Source: Utricularia gibba (Eukaryota > Plantae > Magnoliophyta). Taken from it: 64,000 nucleotides of DNA. The stretch's first letter is position 1; each line of letters begins with the position of its first letter. Where the stretch lies: positions 4,960,001 through 5,024,000 of the forward strand of contig NEEC01000002.1 of NCBI GenBank assembly GCA_002189035.1, written 5' to 3'. Below are positions 26,000 to 40,560 of this stretch, piece after piece. The translations under genes were made by a program, and so were the position numbers. A model generated the notes under the pieces. The model saw only the letters and a list, made by a program, of their open reading frames with translations, searched no databases and was not told where the DNA came from.

Positions 26000-28104
26000 C
26001 ACTAAGCAAAACCATGCATTGGCTTAAGGTTTTTAGCCCTTATTCACTCTTGTGACCAAGTCTCAAGTGCCAGAGTAAGGCATTCCTTTCATCACTGGGC
26101 GTGCTACTTGTCAATGTATTGATTTCTCCCACTTGAGTTATACTTTACAGAAAGTACAATTTAGAAGGCCCTCTTACTCCTTTCATTACTATCAGTAAGC
26201 CATTGCTTACTTTAAGTACACCATTGCTGCAAGTGAAAGTGAATCCCTTCTCCTCTAAGCTGCACAAAGAGATAAGATTTTTCTTGATTTCAAAAACATC
26301 TCTTACATCTATTGGGATTCGAGTTATTCCATGATGCATCTTTATTCAAATGGTTCCAATACCAGCTATTTCTTTTGTAGAGTTATCTCTCATAAACACT
26401 GAATCTCCAGTATGGGAATCGTAGGTGAACTAGTCCATGTTCGTGCATACATGGAATGTACATGCACTATCCATGATCCAACAATCTTTGAATTGCTCTT
26501 GCTTCTGAGTCATAAATAATACTTAAGCCTCATGTTCTGCTTTGAGCACTAATAAATCACCATCACTATCTCCGACTACATAGCTGGCTTCACCATTTAC
26601 AGGTTTCCAAACGTTTTTCTCATACTTTTTCTTTTTCCCCTTCCTTCTTTTGTGAATTCTGCATTTGTAACAATTCCTCTCTAACATAACCCTTTTTCTT
26701 GTGTAAATTGCAAACCTTGTTTTTGCATCTATACTTTGATCTGTTTATATTTTTTATCACCTGTGTTTTGTTTCTTAGTTGTTCTCCCATGAACAAGTAG
26801 ACTCTCACCATATGTGCCTGATGTTGTTGTGATCGTTTTTACGGTATATCTGAAGTAAAGCTTCTCATACACTTCTTCCAAAGTCAAGGTAGTTCTTGTA
26901 CATAAAACTGTATCTCTGAAGTGTTCATATGAGGCAGGTAGTAATTATAATAGTAAAATACTCACATCCTCTTCTTCATATTTAGCTTCCACTGCATTTA
27001 TATCAGCAACAAGTTCCTTGAAGACTTTGAGGTGAGTTTCTAGACAGCCTCCCTCGACTAATTTGTGAGAATAGAGTTTCATTTTTAGGCTCAGTTTGTT
27101 GGAAAGTGATTTGGCCAAACAAATAGCTTCCAAAGTATCCAAAAATTCTTTTGTAATTTCATAATGTTCCACTTCTTCGTCCAACTCATTCAATAGTTAT
27201 AGGTAGATTTGAAATCTTGCTTTTCTTTCTCTTGCCTCATTTGCCTCCATAGAATAGACCTTGCTCATTTTCTTGATTCCATATATGGCATCATCTAGAT
27301 CAAGATGCATCAATATGGTCTGCATCTTAAGCTTCCAAACCCTAAAGTGTGTTCCCCTGTCTAGAATGGGGATATCACACCTTACTGTTGCCAAAGCTTA
27401 CTGACTGAATGATATTTTCATAGTAGAATGGCAAATGACACTTGAGAAGTCTGAAATATAGAGATAAATCAGAAATCCAAAAGACCAGAAAAAGTAGACA
27501 ATCTGAATAATAAGAACTCCAAATGTCCAGAAAATACCATCAAGTTCCTGATGGTTTAAATAGCAAATATCTACTATATTTGAGGTTGAACTCCAACTCT
27601 GATACCACTCGTTACAAAATGACTGTTAGGTTGCATTCTGGTTTTGTTAATCATTTTGTGTTTGAGCAAGTAACTAAAGGAACATGGTATTTATGTGGAA
27701 ATCATTAACGGAGAAAACCACTGGTAAGGAATGCCGTTCACTGGGGAATGTCAATAATGAGATTACAGTTTCTGTTAGCTCAGCTCCCTAAGCATGAACA
27801 CTTGTGTATATATTGGGGACAAACTTTTTCACCTTGATTTCTGCCATCAACTTCCTTCTACAACAAGGAGAGAATGAGGGCCTGCAGTTTAGCCCTTCCC
27901 AAGGTGCATCCCTATGTGCAATCGGGCTACCATATGAGTGTCTCGACCTAACTGGTCCATTAATAATACCAAAGAACTCATGTCATAATTAATAGATTTG
28001 AAAGAAAAGCTGCTGTCTGAAAACGGGGGCTCTTCCTCAACATAACCAAAAGGAGGAGGATCATGTTCATGCCTCTGTTCTTATTTCGGTGCATATTCCC
28101 AACA
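26000..28104 (-). mobile_element. Truncated Ty1/Copia element (LTR, tRNA-iMet PBS, gag-protease-GAG-pre-integrase)
   Basis: LTR ~28104-27610 (TGTTGG...GTAACG) and PBS TGGTATCAGAG at 27607-27597. gag reads WKLKMQTILMHLDLDDAI and LSNKLSLKMKLYSHKL, followed by LWHLRLGH. Integrase and RT absent. Confidence 0.85.
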
Positions 28105-30006
28105 CCCCCCCCCCCCAACCCCCACTGTTTTTTTTATTTATAATTAAATTTTCGAAGGTTTTTCTTTTTTTTTTGTATAATTTAGTTATGTAATTTAAAA
28201 TAAGACATAATCTATGAATTTAATTTTGAAATACATTGGGTAAATGAATTTAGATATATTAAATAAACACATATAAGGAAAATGCACCTTATTCTTTTTT
28301 TTTCAATCAAAACACATATATAATTTAAATTTTTTAAATTTTTTATTTACTTTAAAATGTATTATAAAATATTCATATTAAATAAAAAAAATATTTACAG
28401 CGAACTCAAACCTATTATTTTTTTCTTTTAAGTACAGGCTGGAAATTATCTATGAAGTGGCGTTGACCTGAGTCGACGTTCCCTGGGTTAAGAAAGGCCA
28501 CCCCGCCAGTGCCACACATGATGAGATGAATTGTTAGCCTAACCAACAGAGACACTTGAGCTACCTTACCTGAGCATTTAGTACATATATCTGTTATACA
28601 AGCCACCTTGTATAAATAGGTAGATACATACCATTGTAAGACACCACCGATTCATATTCTCATATGTTCTTCTCCATCTTCTTCATACAAACACACTGCT
28701 AGTCATGGTATCAGAGCATTAGTGATCCTATCGGACACAAATGGCCACTGAAATGCTCATCAAAGAGGTTTTCTCAGCCCTGAAAGCGGCTGCTCTCAAT
28801 CCATCTGAAACTAAATCAGATATCCCCTCACCTTACAAGGTGCTTCCAAATTACACAAATGATGTCATTCTTACTACACCACCGCTGAATTATGCCCAGT
28901 GGTCCCGCAACACTCTTCGAGCCTTAAGAGTCCGAGGAAAAGAAGGACTCGTCAACGGCGAGGTGGAAAGACCCACATCCACCGATCCCGTTTACCCACA
29001 TTGGGAAAAATGCAACGACCTAGTAATCGGATGGCTCCATCACTGAATCGAACCTGCTATTTTCACCACCGTAGCTCACTGCGAGACAGCAAGAGACGTT
29101 TGGATAATATTGCAAGAACGCTTCACTCATCCAGATGAGGACAGAGTGGCACACCTACAGCATGAGATTGGAACTCTTGTGCAGGGTACAAGTACTTCGA
29201 TTGACCAGTACTTCAATAAACTAACCTCTCTGTGGCAGGAATACGATGCATCACGACCTCCTGGCCATTGCAAATGCAACGGATGCAACGACAACTGCTT
29301 GAAACCTTTCAGAGAACAGAGGGCTAAAGATCTGGTAAACAAATTCCTCACTGGACTTAATGCCGAATTCCACGCACTGCAGCAACAACTGCTCAATCAT
29401 AAGCCACTGCCAAGTATAAATGAGGCATATCAAGCAGCATACCAAGAAGAAAATCAACTCAAGAAACCCATAGCTCCAGTAGAGTCATCTGCGTTCCTTA
29501 GTCGTGGCCCACCTACCACAGAACATAAAGCAGTGACCAACAAGAATACTAGAAAATTCTGTACAAACTGTCACCGCACCAACCACAATATAGATCAGTG
29601 CTGGAAGATCATCGGCATGCCACCAGAGTACAAGAAAGGCGACAAAAAGGGAAAAGGCCACAAACAGCACACGTCCTATGCTAACAACTCTAGTGCTGTT
29701 TCGCAGGAAAAACCTGATGAAGTCATTTCGATGACAAGAAGCCAATTACTCATCCCTACTTCAAAAGGAGAACACAGCCACAGGGAGCACTCAACACAAT
29801 AACAACGCACAAAAACTAGGAGGCACTTCCTCAGCAAATCAAGGGGAATTTCCCACCATGAACTCCTTTGCCGGTAATGTGATACACACACCAGCACACA
29901 CATGGATCATCGATTCAGGGGCTAGCGAGCATATGTGCTATGACCTCAAATCCTTTGAATCCTATACTCCATTCAAAGCCTGTGTGAGGTTTCAGAACGA
30001 TAACAC

Positions 30007-31339
30007 TGTCATGTCATTCTTATTATTTCTTAGATTGTTTTTATATCTAAATGTGATTAGAAATCTTTAATTATAAGTCTATAATATGAGATTTAGGTTT
30101 TTATCTAGTTTAAGAGTAATTATCCTAAATCTTATATTTTATCTAATAATTTTGTTAATTTTAATGGAGTTTTTCTAGAATGGCACATGTGGCAGGAAGT
30201 GAGATAAAGAGGGCAGCAAATGGCGACAAATTGGATCTTTTCGAGCTGACATTCCCTTATTTACGGAAGACAGCAGACGCCTAATCATGAGCCTTGATAT
30301 GCGGAACACGTCTCTGACAAGCAACATCATTAGCGTAACAATGTCAGGGCAGACGTTTACTTGCAAGTCACCCCAAGTCCAGCAGAACCATAGGAACACG
30401 AAAGCTCAGACAAAATAGTTCAGCTCGGTTCAATTTGGACAGGAAAAAGAAGTAGTTAGTTTAGTTGATACTTTTGTTTCTCTCTAGAGTATTTTTCCTC
30501 TAGCTTCTTTCTAGTTTTTGTTTTCTTTAATTTGTATGGCCATTCGCGGCTAGAAACTTCCTTTCTGGGTTGGGACACCCCCAAATCTATGTTTCGTTAG
30601 CTTATCGTCATCTCTTCTTTGAATCCAACGGATTTCATATGTCTTCACGCAACTATGTTGCAGTCTTTCTGTAATAGTCCCCTTATTCAAGATTCATGGT
30701 TAACTGATACTATCCGCGAGTTTTGGAGAGGAGCCAGGTGGAGAGCACCAACTCATGCCCTTTTGGTAGGAGAAAGACAACGTTTTGTCTGTGGCCATAC
30801 CTCAGATTAATGGACATGTAATGACCTCGTATCTGGACTCACTAGGTCATTGGCAACACTCGGGCACATGCGCGCAATTTGGCCACGAGGGTATGTTGGT
30901 AGGACCTCTTATTCTCACATTTGTCCAAGGAGAAGCCACATTGGGCTATTCCCATGCCTTCTTGCAAGAGAGTGTAAGGGAGGGTAGACAATTCATTACT
31001 CCTATAATCGAGTACTCGAGAAGACCAGAGAAGAGTGAAGATGCAACGAACATAGCTGGACAGGATTCCAAACCTAGGAACATTCACTTTATTTAAGGTT
31101 CATCGCTTACATTTATTTCGATTGTCTATTCAAATCCCCTCTTATTCCCTTACTCAAGCTTCATCATTTACATTTCTCGCACCTTTAATTCCAAAAGCGT
31201 TTACAAATCGTGACAGTTGTATTCGGTGTAACCTCACCTTTCACTGAAAAACAACTCCTGTGTTCGACACCCGTACTACGCTTTTGTATTTTATGAGTTT
31301 TAAAAATATTAAAATTTGTTGTGGAAACAACACGCATCA
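30007..31339 (+). mobile_element. Solo LTR nested in Copia pol (1333 bp)
   Basis: TGTC...CATCA with perfect TSD AACAC. Host pol resumes NTVWVHHKGTVKL. Confidence 0.9.
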
Positions 31340-31460
31340 AACACTGTTTGGGTACATCACAAAGGGACAGTAAAATTAAATAAACACCTCACCCTACATA
31401 ATGTACCGCACATACGCACTTTCACAATAAATTTGATATCAGTGTCTCAATTATTAGCTA

Positions 31461-32824
31461 TGATAACACACGAATTTTCCTATCATTAGAATAAGAAAAT
31501 TATACTTTCACATTATAGTTTTTAGTATTTTTACCAAATTTTAGGACAATGTGATTTTATGTATTAATGGGTTAAATCAAAGGATTTAGCCCATCCCATG
31601 TTATTAACATTTTTTTTAGTCCAGCAGCAATGTTCAAAAATCAGGGAGGGGACATGAATTTCGTGCATGTAAAGATTTGGAAGAATGGGCAGCATTAAAA
31701 GAGGAGACATAATGCACTATTTAGCCGCCCACAGTCTGCAGGTTCAAGCCAAGAATAGTACAAATGTCAGGAACAGTGGACTGATTTTGAAAAATGGAAA
31801 AAAGATGTGAAGATATTTTTGAAGAAGGGAGAAGGAAGAGAACGCGGGCAGACTCGAGGAGGGGGTTTCTCCCCAACCCCAACAGGACGAGCACTGAACC
31901 AGGAGAGGAGAAGAAGAACTTCATCCTCAAGAACAATATCAAAGCCCAATCCAGTGCTACTGTTCCGGCCCGGGACAATAGCAGACGGAAACTAGAACTC
32001 TTACTGCTTTATTTTTCGTTTGTTGATGTTTTCAGTTTTGCAACCAACTTTTTCACAATGTTCTTAACATTTTCGTTGCTTTATGTTAACCTTATCATGT
32101 TTTACCTTCAAAGTATGAGTAACTAAAGCCTTAAGGATGTCTTAAGGTGAAGTATGGTGATGTGTGCTTAGGGTTAATAATGAAGTTTATGTTTGTTTTT
32201 TTATCTTTTGTTTCTATCAAACCATGGGTAGATCTAAGGAGGGGAATAAGCAGCTTCATAACTTAGATGTTTGATTTAGAGGTAGATCAACAAATCAAGA
32301 TGAGACCAGTAGGTGTTAGTCCGGGATAAACCAGTAGAACCGGATAGACCTAGTTCTATATGTTTTGCATGCGGGTAGACCTAATTGCAATATTGGTTAT
32401 GATATTTGGGACTGGCTTAGCCGAAAATATGATGAATGACCTGGTTAGACTTAGGTTATTTGAAGTTGTGAGTGTAGGAACATGGTAAATTAAATTAGGC
32501 ACCTTAGCATAGCACCACCTGCAGATCCTTAAGACATTTTCGTGTTATTTGAGTTAGAACCAGTACTTATTACCTTTTGCATTGAAACCTGATTCCGCTT
32601 ACTGAACTTTCTTGCACTGCTAGTCCAAGCTTAGACTAAAATCTACTGTTATTCCGAATCATGCATTTACTAAAACACTTAGCAAGCACAAGCTCTTCGT
32701 GATCGACCCCGATATCTATTATACAAGTTTTCCAAATTTGTATTTTGTGTAGATTAGGGATTATAAATTTATTTGATAACGAAATTTCTATTTTTGTAAC
32801 GACATTAGGAAATTTTTGTTCATA
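31461..32824 (+). mobile_element. Solo LTR, family A copy 3, nested in Copia pol (1364 bp)
   Basis: Starts TGATAAC with perfect TSD AGCTA. Homologous to 4443-5772 and 16526-17740. Confidence 0.9.
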
Positions 32825-33124
32825 AGCTACAAGTAATGTTTTTCCTATATTTACAACTAATCAGTGCCTGATGCAGGACTCGTGTTTCCCAAAGATGACA
32901 ATCGGGAAGGCTAGATTACACCATGGACTCTATTTTTCTATTGTGTACCTATTTTTTTCTACTAATCAGTCCGCTGCATATTCTGCTTTACAATACTCTC
33001 CGTCTACTTTACATTCAGATTCTATCTCTTTTTCTCATACCCATGACTCACGCAGGTTTAAATGGAACACCCCTCCGATTCGGTTATCACAACCTCACAA
33101 AAATAAATCCCAACATACATATTA

Positions 33125-33863
33125 GGGAAAAATCGTTTTTTTAATCATAATGTTTGATATATTTTCATTTTATAGTCTAATACTTGAACTTATGCAAAAT
33201 TCAGTTAATAAGTTTACTGATAAATTCATTTTATGGCATTCCGGTAAAATCTTGATAGAAGTAACTTGTCGGAACTTTTTTTGATGAAATAATTCTGTAT
33301 TTTTTTAAATAAATCATAAAAAAAATTCAATCATATTTTTAATGATTGTAAATTTTAAATATTTGGGATATATATTTTTAAATAGAAATAATTTGATGTT
33401 TCAAAATTCAATATATATATTTTTAAAAATATTGTAAATTTTTAAAAAATTTATTAAAGAATACAAAAAAATTGTGAAAAATTATTACCATTGAATTTTC
33501 TTGATTTTTAATTTCGAATATTCATGCATATAGTTTAAAAATTAAAATTAAAATTTGAAAAAAATATGTGTCGTAAAGTAAAAATAAAATAAGAAAAAGA
33601 TGAGAATTTCATAGGCAAATTATGACTTAAAGCTGAAAAGTATTTTGGGAAAATAAATTTGTTAAAAGAATTTTGAAAACATTAAAGTTTCTGTGCGCCA
33701 TATTGTGAACATGCTGCTCACGTGTCAGCTCCGATGAGTTATTCGCCGAAATGACATAAAATGAACAAAGCAGAAAAGTTTGTCTTATTTTTGAATAAGT
33801 TAAACTATTGGACTGAAAAATGAAATTACCTTAAACATTGTGATTTAAAAATCGATTTTTACC
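33125..33863. mobile_element. Mutator-like MITE (739 bp) nested in Copia pol
   Basis: ~33-bp imperfect TIRs (gggaaaaatcgttttttt..aatcataatgttt / aaacattgtgatttaaaaatcgatttttacc) and perfect 9-bp TSD TACATATTA. Confidence 0.92.
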
Positions 33864-36800
33864 TACATATTATGCCCTCTCATATTTGCACTACATGCCC
33901 ACGGGCAAAGCAGAGAAAACTTTCCTTTCCTACACATGCTGGAAATTATGACAAATTTGATCTAATTCATATAGATAATTGGGGGCCATACAAAACGAAA
34001 ACTCGAGGAGGTTTTCGATTCTTTCTCACCATAGTTGAAGATTCTACTCGGGCCACCTGGACATACCTTAGGCAAGCAAAGTCAGAAGCCCCTACGCTCA
34101 TCAGAAACTTTATTAACATCATTGAAACCCAGTTTGGCAAAAGGATCAAAGTTATACGGAGTGATCAAGCACCAGAATATAAAATTATGGATTTTGCAGC
34201 CCTTAGGATCATTCATCACCATAGTTGTGTCGAAACTGCTGAACAAAATGGGGTAGTCGAACACCGCCATCAACATCTACTGAACGTTGCCCGTGCTCTT
34301 CTATTTCAAGCCAGCTTACCTAAAGTCTTCTGGGGTGAAGCTATACTACCTATCTCATCAACAGAACACCCATGTGGCAGCTTCAATACTCCACACCATA
34401 CAAGAAGCTAATGGGAAAGATGCCAAGCTATAATCATCTCCGTGTATTCGGATGTCTCTACTTTGCATCCACACTCACTCAAGGGAGAACGAAATTCGAT
34501 TCAAGAGCAAGAAGATGCATGTTCCTTGGTTACCCACCAGGAATTAAAGGCTACAAGCTTCTTGACCTAGATAATCATGAAACAATTATTTCAAGAAATG
34601 TTGTGTTTCATGAATCGGTTTTTCCGTATAATACTAATTTTCATTCCTATTTGAATGCAGAATATGAAGTCAGGAATGCCAAACTGATGGTGACGACATA
34701 TTTTTATCTAGGTCTCAACCAATTATCCGTCCAACACCAACTGAAGAATCAGCACATCCCCTTAATTCACATGAGGTACCCGAAGATGAATCAAGGAGTG
34801 CTGAAAATGGGTCTAACATGCCTGAGAAGGGTCAACTCTCCAATGAAACTGAAGATCCAGAAGACGAGAATACACAGATAACTGAACAAACATCTCCGCC
34901 TGAACCTCTGGAGGCACAGCGACCTCAATGGAACATACGCCTCCCAGCTTATTTGGATATATACTCTCATACACTACAGAATCCTCAAGCTCATTGTGGG
35001 ACTCGATACCCAATTCACAAATATATGGGAGTGGAAAACTCAGAGACAGATACCTTGCAGTCTGTAGCAATATCTCAAAATTTTCAGAACCCAAAACTTA
35101 CGCTGAAGCTACTCTATTACCAGAATGGTCTGAACCAATGCAGAAAGAGCTGAAAGCCTTGGAAGATAACCAAACTTGGGAAATTGTTGAAGTTCCAAAG
35201 GAAACTCACATAGTCGGCTGCAAGTGGGTATACAAAAATAAAATTCAATCAGATGGAAAACTAGAAAGAAGGAAAGCTCGGCTAGTAGCCAGAGGGTTAA
35301 GCCAAATATAAGGGTTTGATTATGAAGAAACGTTTAGCCCAGTTGCTAAACACACCACAGTCAGAACCTTCTTTGCACTTGCTGCAGCAAACTCATGGTC
35401 TTTCAGGAAACTAGATATCGATAATGCGTTTCTCAATGGAGATCTTGAGGAATGCATACTCATGGACATTCCTCTTGGCTATCAACACAACAAAAAAGCA
35501 AGCCAAGATGGCAAGCTTGTCTGCAGACTACAGAAGGCGATATACGGGCTCAAGCAATCACCCAAACAGTGGATTTGTAAGTTCACGAATAAACTAGCAG
35601 AATTCGCATGAGAGCAAAGCAAAGCAGATCATTCACTCTTCACCAAAACAACGCCCAAAGGAGAATTTTTGGCATTATTAGTATATGTCGACAATATTGT
35701 CATTGGAAGCACCTCTACATAACTATTGGAGTCATTAGCTCTATTTCTTTCAGAGCAGTTCAAGTTGATGGACTTAGGCAGACCACGATACTTTCTCGGA
35801 ATAGAAGTAGCTCAGTCCAAGAAAGGAATCTCATTATGTCAACGAAAATACGTATTGGATCTACTGATTGACTATGGAGTAATGGGGGCTAAACCTGTTA
35901 CAACCCCATTAGACAAAACCCAGCAATTACATCAGCAAGATTCACAAAAATTGAAGGATGCACTCCCTACAGACAATTAGTTGGGAAACTGATCTACCTG
36001 ACTGTCACTCGGCCTGATATTACATATGTAGTACAAGTATTGTCTCAACACTTGAATTCTCCAACAAAATTACACTTGAACGCTGCTCTTCGGGTCCTTA
36101 AGTATCTAAAAGGATCTCCTGGACTAGGCCTTCTCTATAAATGCAAGCAACAGCTTCCATAGATCGCATACTCGGATAGCGATTGAGCAAAATGCATAGA
36201 CACCCGACGATCAATTTCTGGCATGTGCATATTTTTAGGAGAAAGCCCAATCAGCTGGAAGTCTAAATGCTAGAAAACAGTAGCACGGAGTTCTACAGAG
36301 GCTGAATATCGAGCAATGACCTCAGCCGCATGCAAAGTAATATGGGTCCAACATCTGCTACAATCCTTTGGGTAACACTCAGTGGTCAGAATCTTCTATG
36401 TTGTGATAACAAATCGGCAATCCAAATTGCCCGTAACCCTGTTATGCATGAGCGCACTAAGCATTTTCAGCTAGATTGGCATTTCGTGCGAGAGACAATG
36501 AACTCAGGACTAATCCAACTAGTCTACGTCGGTACTAGTGAGCAAGTGGCAGATATTTTTACAAAAGGCTTGGGGGGAGAGCAACACATATATCTACGAG
36601 ACAAGATGTGCCTGACAGATACCCACGCACCTCTTGTGGGGGGGGGTGTTAGCCTAACCAACAGAGACGCTTGAGCTACCTTACCTAAGCATTTAGTACA
36701 TATATCCGTTATACAAGCCACCTTGTATAAATACGTAGATACATACCATTGTAAGACACCACCGATTCATATTCTCATCTGTTCTTCTTCATCTTCTTCA

Positions 36801-38309
36801 TACAAACACACTGCTTGTCATGAATCTTGTGTTGGCAAGCAGGAAGGTGGATGCTGGGGATCGCAGGTTTCTGCAGATCATGGCGATGAGCTTCTCTACA
36901 ATCTTCTCTCTCATTCCTTGCCTTCTTCTTCTTCTGGTTTATCAACATTGTTGGAAGCTTGTTGAAATATCAGATCCCGGTCAAGAACACATCACAATGT
37001 TTTTTACCATCTTTTTGTTAAAATTTCTAATAGTTTCGTTGGAATACGAATCACATATCATGAATTGAATCGTGTTAATATTATGAATGAGACTTTTGGG
37101 AAATCTCTGAAACTTCAATAGTTTTGAAAAATTGAAAGTTTTTCATGTCATTTTGTATATACATGTTTATAAATGTCTCACTTCCGTTGATTCTAATATT
37201 GATTGTTGAGCTCGTTGAATCTTATAAGATGGATAGTGTGATTTACACATGACGTAAACTTGCATTCTTCATTTGGTGTTTGTAAGAGTTTTCTTTTACA
37301 AATACAGAAGCCATAGGCTGGAAAATAAGGATGTGTGCGGGAAGATTAGCGGAATGCAAAGCCCTCTATTGCGCATGCTTCAAAAATTATATCTTCTAGC
37401 TCTAAACCAAGTCCATTTGCAGGTTGAGGGCCTATGTGTGGTAGGATCTTCAGATTTGATGAATCTTTTTCCACCCTGCGATGCACAGCATCATCGGTGC
37501 CGGTGCGCAACATAATTTTGACCTACCTTTTTGTTGATCGGTGACCATGATTCACTTTCGATGAACTGGTGTTGGAGAACACCGAAGAGACGGCGATGGA
37601 CACAACAAGCGCAACCGAATCAGCGGCTGTCAGTGAATAGAATGTGATGAGACATGATTTCAGGTTTTTGATATCAATGGCTCTTGGGACATGAAGGGCG
37701 ATCATCCAGATTGAGAAATACAAATAGATGAGCCCAATTATTATATGGACAACTTTTTAGAAAGCCATCCTTTAGCTATCTTCCATTTGACATGGAACCA
37801 GCCTTCTGTGGAACGCCGCAACCAGAAACGGCGTTTGAGAACCGGTTTGATGGAGAGGGCGTGAACATACAGGCATAGGGGGCAACCTTCATTGCAATGA
37901 ACCAGAAGCTGGCTTCATCCATCTCACTACTAAAACTCCCAAGAGCAACACTACCGCAAAACAGGATCAAAGCTCCTTCCCAGTAGGCTCTGTTGGATTA
38001 TAGTATAGGGTATTGTTGTAATTATACTAGTTAGGTCAAAAGCAAACACTTGTATAAATACACATGAAATAGTGAAAACGAGTGTCTTTGGCCGTCCACA
38101 ATCCTCTTCATGTTTATACAATTGTTCTTATTCATATACTTTTGATAATCTCAACATGGTGTCAGAAGTGGGATGTTATCTTGCTGCCTAATTTTGATAT
38201 CGTATTGGTGGTATCGTTTCAGTTTCAAGTTTTCATTGGTAGGTTTCAGCCATTAGGTATTTTGCTGGAAAGTTTCAGTTTGTGGGTAGTCTTGCTATTG
38301 ATATTCATC

Positions 38310-39392
38310 ATGACGGATCTTTCTGTTCCTGGATTGTTGTCCCATGTTGTGCCCATCAAGTTAAATACCAGTAACTATATGATCTAGCAAAATTTAATGT
38401 GGACATTCTTGGCTAGTCAAAGAAGGGCAGGATATATTGATGGTTCGATTCCAACGCCGGAAAAGATTGTAGTCACTACTGGGAAAGTTGGTGAAAAAGA
38501 AACAGAAACTAGTGTTGTCAATCCCAAGTTTGAAGAATGGGCAGCCAATGATATTCAGGTTGTTTGCTGGATTAAATCCACATTATCTGAGGAAATGTTA
38601 TTGCAGGTTTTGAATATAAACGTCTCTATTGACCTCTGGAATTTTCTGTGGGATGTCTATATGGTTCAAACTGAATCAAAGGTGTTGCAATTAAAACGTA
38701 CTTTGGCAAGTTTAAAGCAAGGAGAAAAACAGGACATATTTAGCTTTTACAATCAAGTCAAGAGTCTCTGTGATCAACTTGAATTAGTTGGTGAAACCTT
38801 GAAATCTTGTGATCGGTTAATGTATTTCACATATGGGTTGCTCGATTGCTATCAAGCCACTGTAAGTGCAATTCATGTGCATCAACCGCTTCCATCCTTT
38901 GAAAGTGTGTTGGCTATCTTTCTAGAATGTGAGCAACGACTAAAAGCTAGAGTTCAGACAGCCCCTGAGACGGTTGTTTCATCTGAAAACTTTGTGTTGG
39001 CAACTCAAGCCTATGGCCAGCGAGGTGGTCGAGGCAATCGCAGTGCAGGGCATCATAATTATCAACAAGGAAATGGTTATTCTTATACTTCACATCAATA
39101 TGGGCAGCGACAGAATTCTTCACAACAGCAGCAACAGTATTCTGGTTCAAATTTTGGCCATGGCGGACCGACGTTTGGTCAGCGAGGTGGTGGCCGATTC
39201 CGTGGTCGAGGTGGTCGATCCGTTACATGTCAAATTTGCTCTCGGATCGGACACACTGCAGATCGATGTTATGATCGTTACAAATCATTTGAAGGATACC
39301 CCTCAAATAATCTTCATTATGCTGATCATTCTAATTCTCCTCAGAATAATTATCAAGCATCCTATGTGTCTCAACAATCAGTGCTTTACTGA
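38310..39392 (+). pseudogene. Copia gag with one in-frame TAG (38385-38387)
   Basis: VPIKLNTSNYMI*, UBN2/Retrotran_gag-like core, CQICSRIGHTADRC zinc knuckle. Confidence 0.85.
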
Positions 39393-40560
39393 AGGTGATC
39401 CTCAACTCTTTGTGTGTAAGTTAAAATGCTCAATTTATGGCTTGAAACAAGCCCCTAGGACTTGATTTCTTAAGTTTCAGTCAGCTGTTCTGGATCTTGG
39501 ATTTATACAGGCTAGTGCTGATCATTCACTATTTCTCTATAAGAAACATAGTGACATTATTATTCTTCTTTTATATGTGGATGATATTATCATCACTGGA
39601 AATTCATCTTCTTTGATTACAAAACTAAAGGAACTACTGGAAGGGAGATTTCGAATGACTGATCTTGGTTCTTCCAATTATTTTCTTGGATTGGAAATTC
39701 AACGGGATAAGAATACTCTCTCCATTCACCAGACTAAATATGCCTCTACTATGGTGAAAAGGGCTGAGATGTTGGAGTGCAAAGCAACACCTACTCCTGC
39801 GTCTGCTTCTTGCTCTCCACTACCTGATGAGCAGCATGATCCTATGAGTAATCCTGAACTTTTTCGTGCATTAGCTGGTGGCTTACAGTATTTAACCTTG
39901 ACCAGACCAGACATTACATATAGTGTCAATCAAATCTGTCAACATATGCACCAACCGACCTGGCATCACTTTGCTATGTTGAAAAGAATTCTGAGATATG
40001 TCAAGGGCAGCCTTAGAGAGGGTTTGACTCTACATAGAGATGATCCAACGAAGCTCTCTTTGGATTCAGTGGTGTCCTTTTGTGACTCTGATTGGGCTGC
40101 AGATCATGGCATGCGGAGATCCGTAACAGGATATTGTGTATATTTTGGCAGCAGTTTAATTGGTTGGAAGAGTCGTAAGCAGAGAACAATTGCTAGGTCG
40201 AGTACAGAAGCGGAGTACAGAGCTTTAGCCGCCTCTGTTGCAGAAGTAATTTGGATCAGAAAAATTCTTCACTTTCTCTTGGGTTATCGTGGCAAGTCAC
40301 AAATTTTCTGTGACAACAAAAGTGCAATAGCTATTGCATTAAATCCAATCTTCCATGATCGAACGAAACACATTGAAATTGATCATCACTTCGTCAGAGA
40401 AAGAATCCAAGATGGTGAAATTAAGCTGAGTTATGTTTGCTCAGAAAATCAGTTGGCGGACTTGTTTACAAAAGCTCTCAGGCTGCCTCGGTTTGAGTTT
40501 TTGAAATCCAAACTTCGCACTCTCAATGCGCTTAGTTTGAGGGGTGGTGTTGGATTATAG
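39393..40560 (+). pseudogene. Copia RT C-terminal half plus RNase H
   Basis: CKLKCSIYGLKQAPRT*, LYVDDII, TRPDITYSVN, DSDWA, ARSSTEAEYRA, HIEIDHHFVRE, QLADLFTKAL. Confidence 0.9.

Larger units (their letters stand above)
28532..36820 (+). mobile_element. Ty1/Copia LTR retrotransposon (174-bp LTRs, ~4.8 kb after removing 3 nested inserts), disrupted
   Basis: LTRs 28532-28705 and 36647-36820 (TG...CA, 7 differences by eye), TSD TGAAT, PBS TGGTATCAGAGC at 28706, and a G-run PPT before 36647. Domains: gag with CTNCHRTNHNIDQC knuckle, WIIDSGASEH protease, integrase, RT, RNase H. Many stops and frameshifts. Confidence 0.95.

Noticed and set aside
37780-37985. LINE RNase H-like remnant (EGWFHVKW)
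   Set aside because: Only a weak motif resemblance, with no flanking LINE features.
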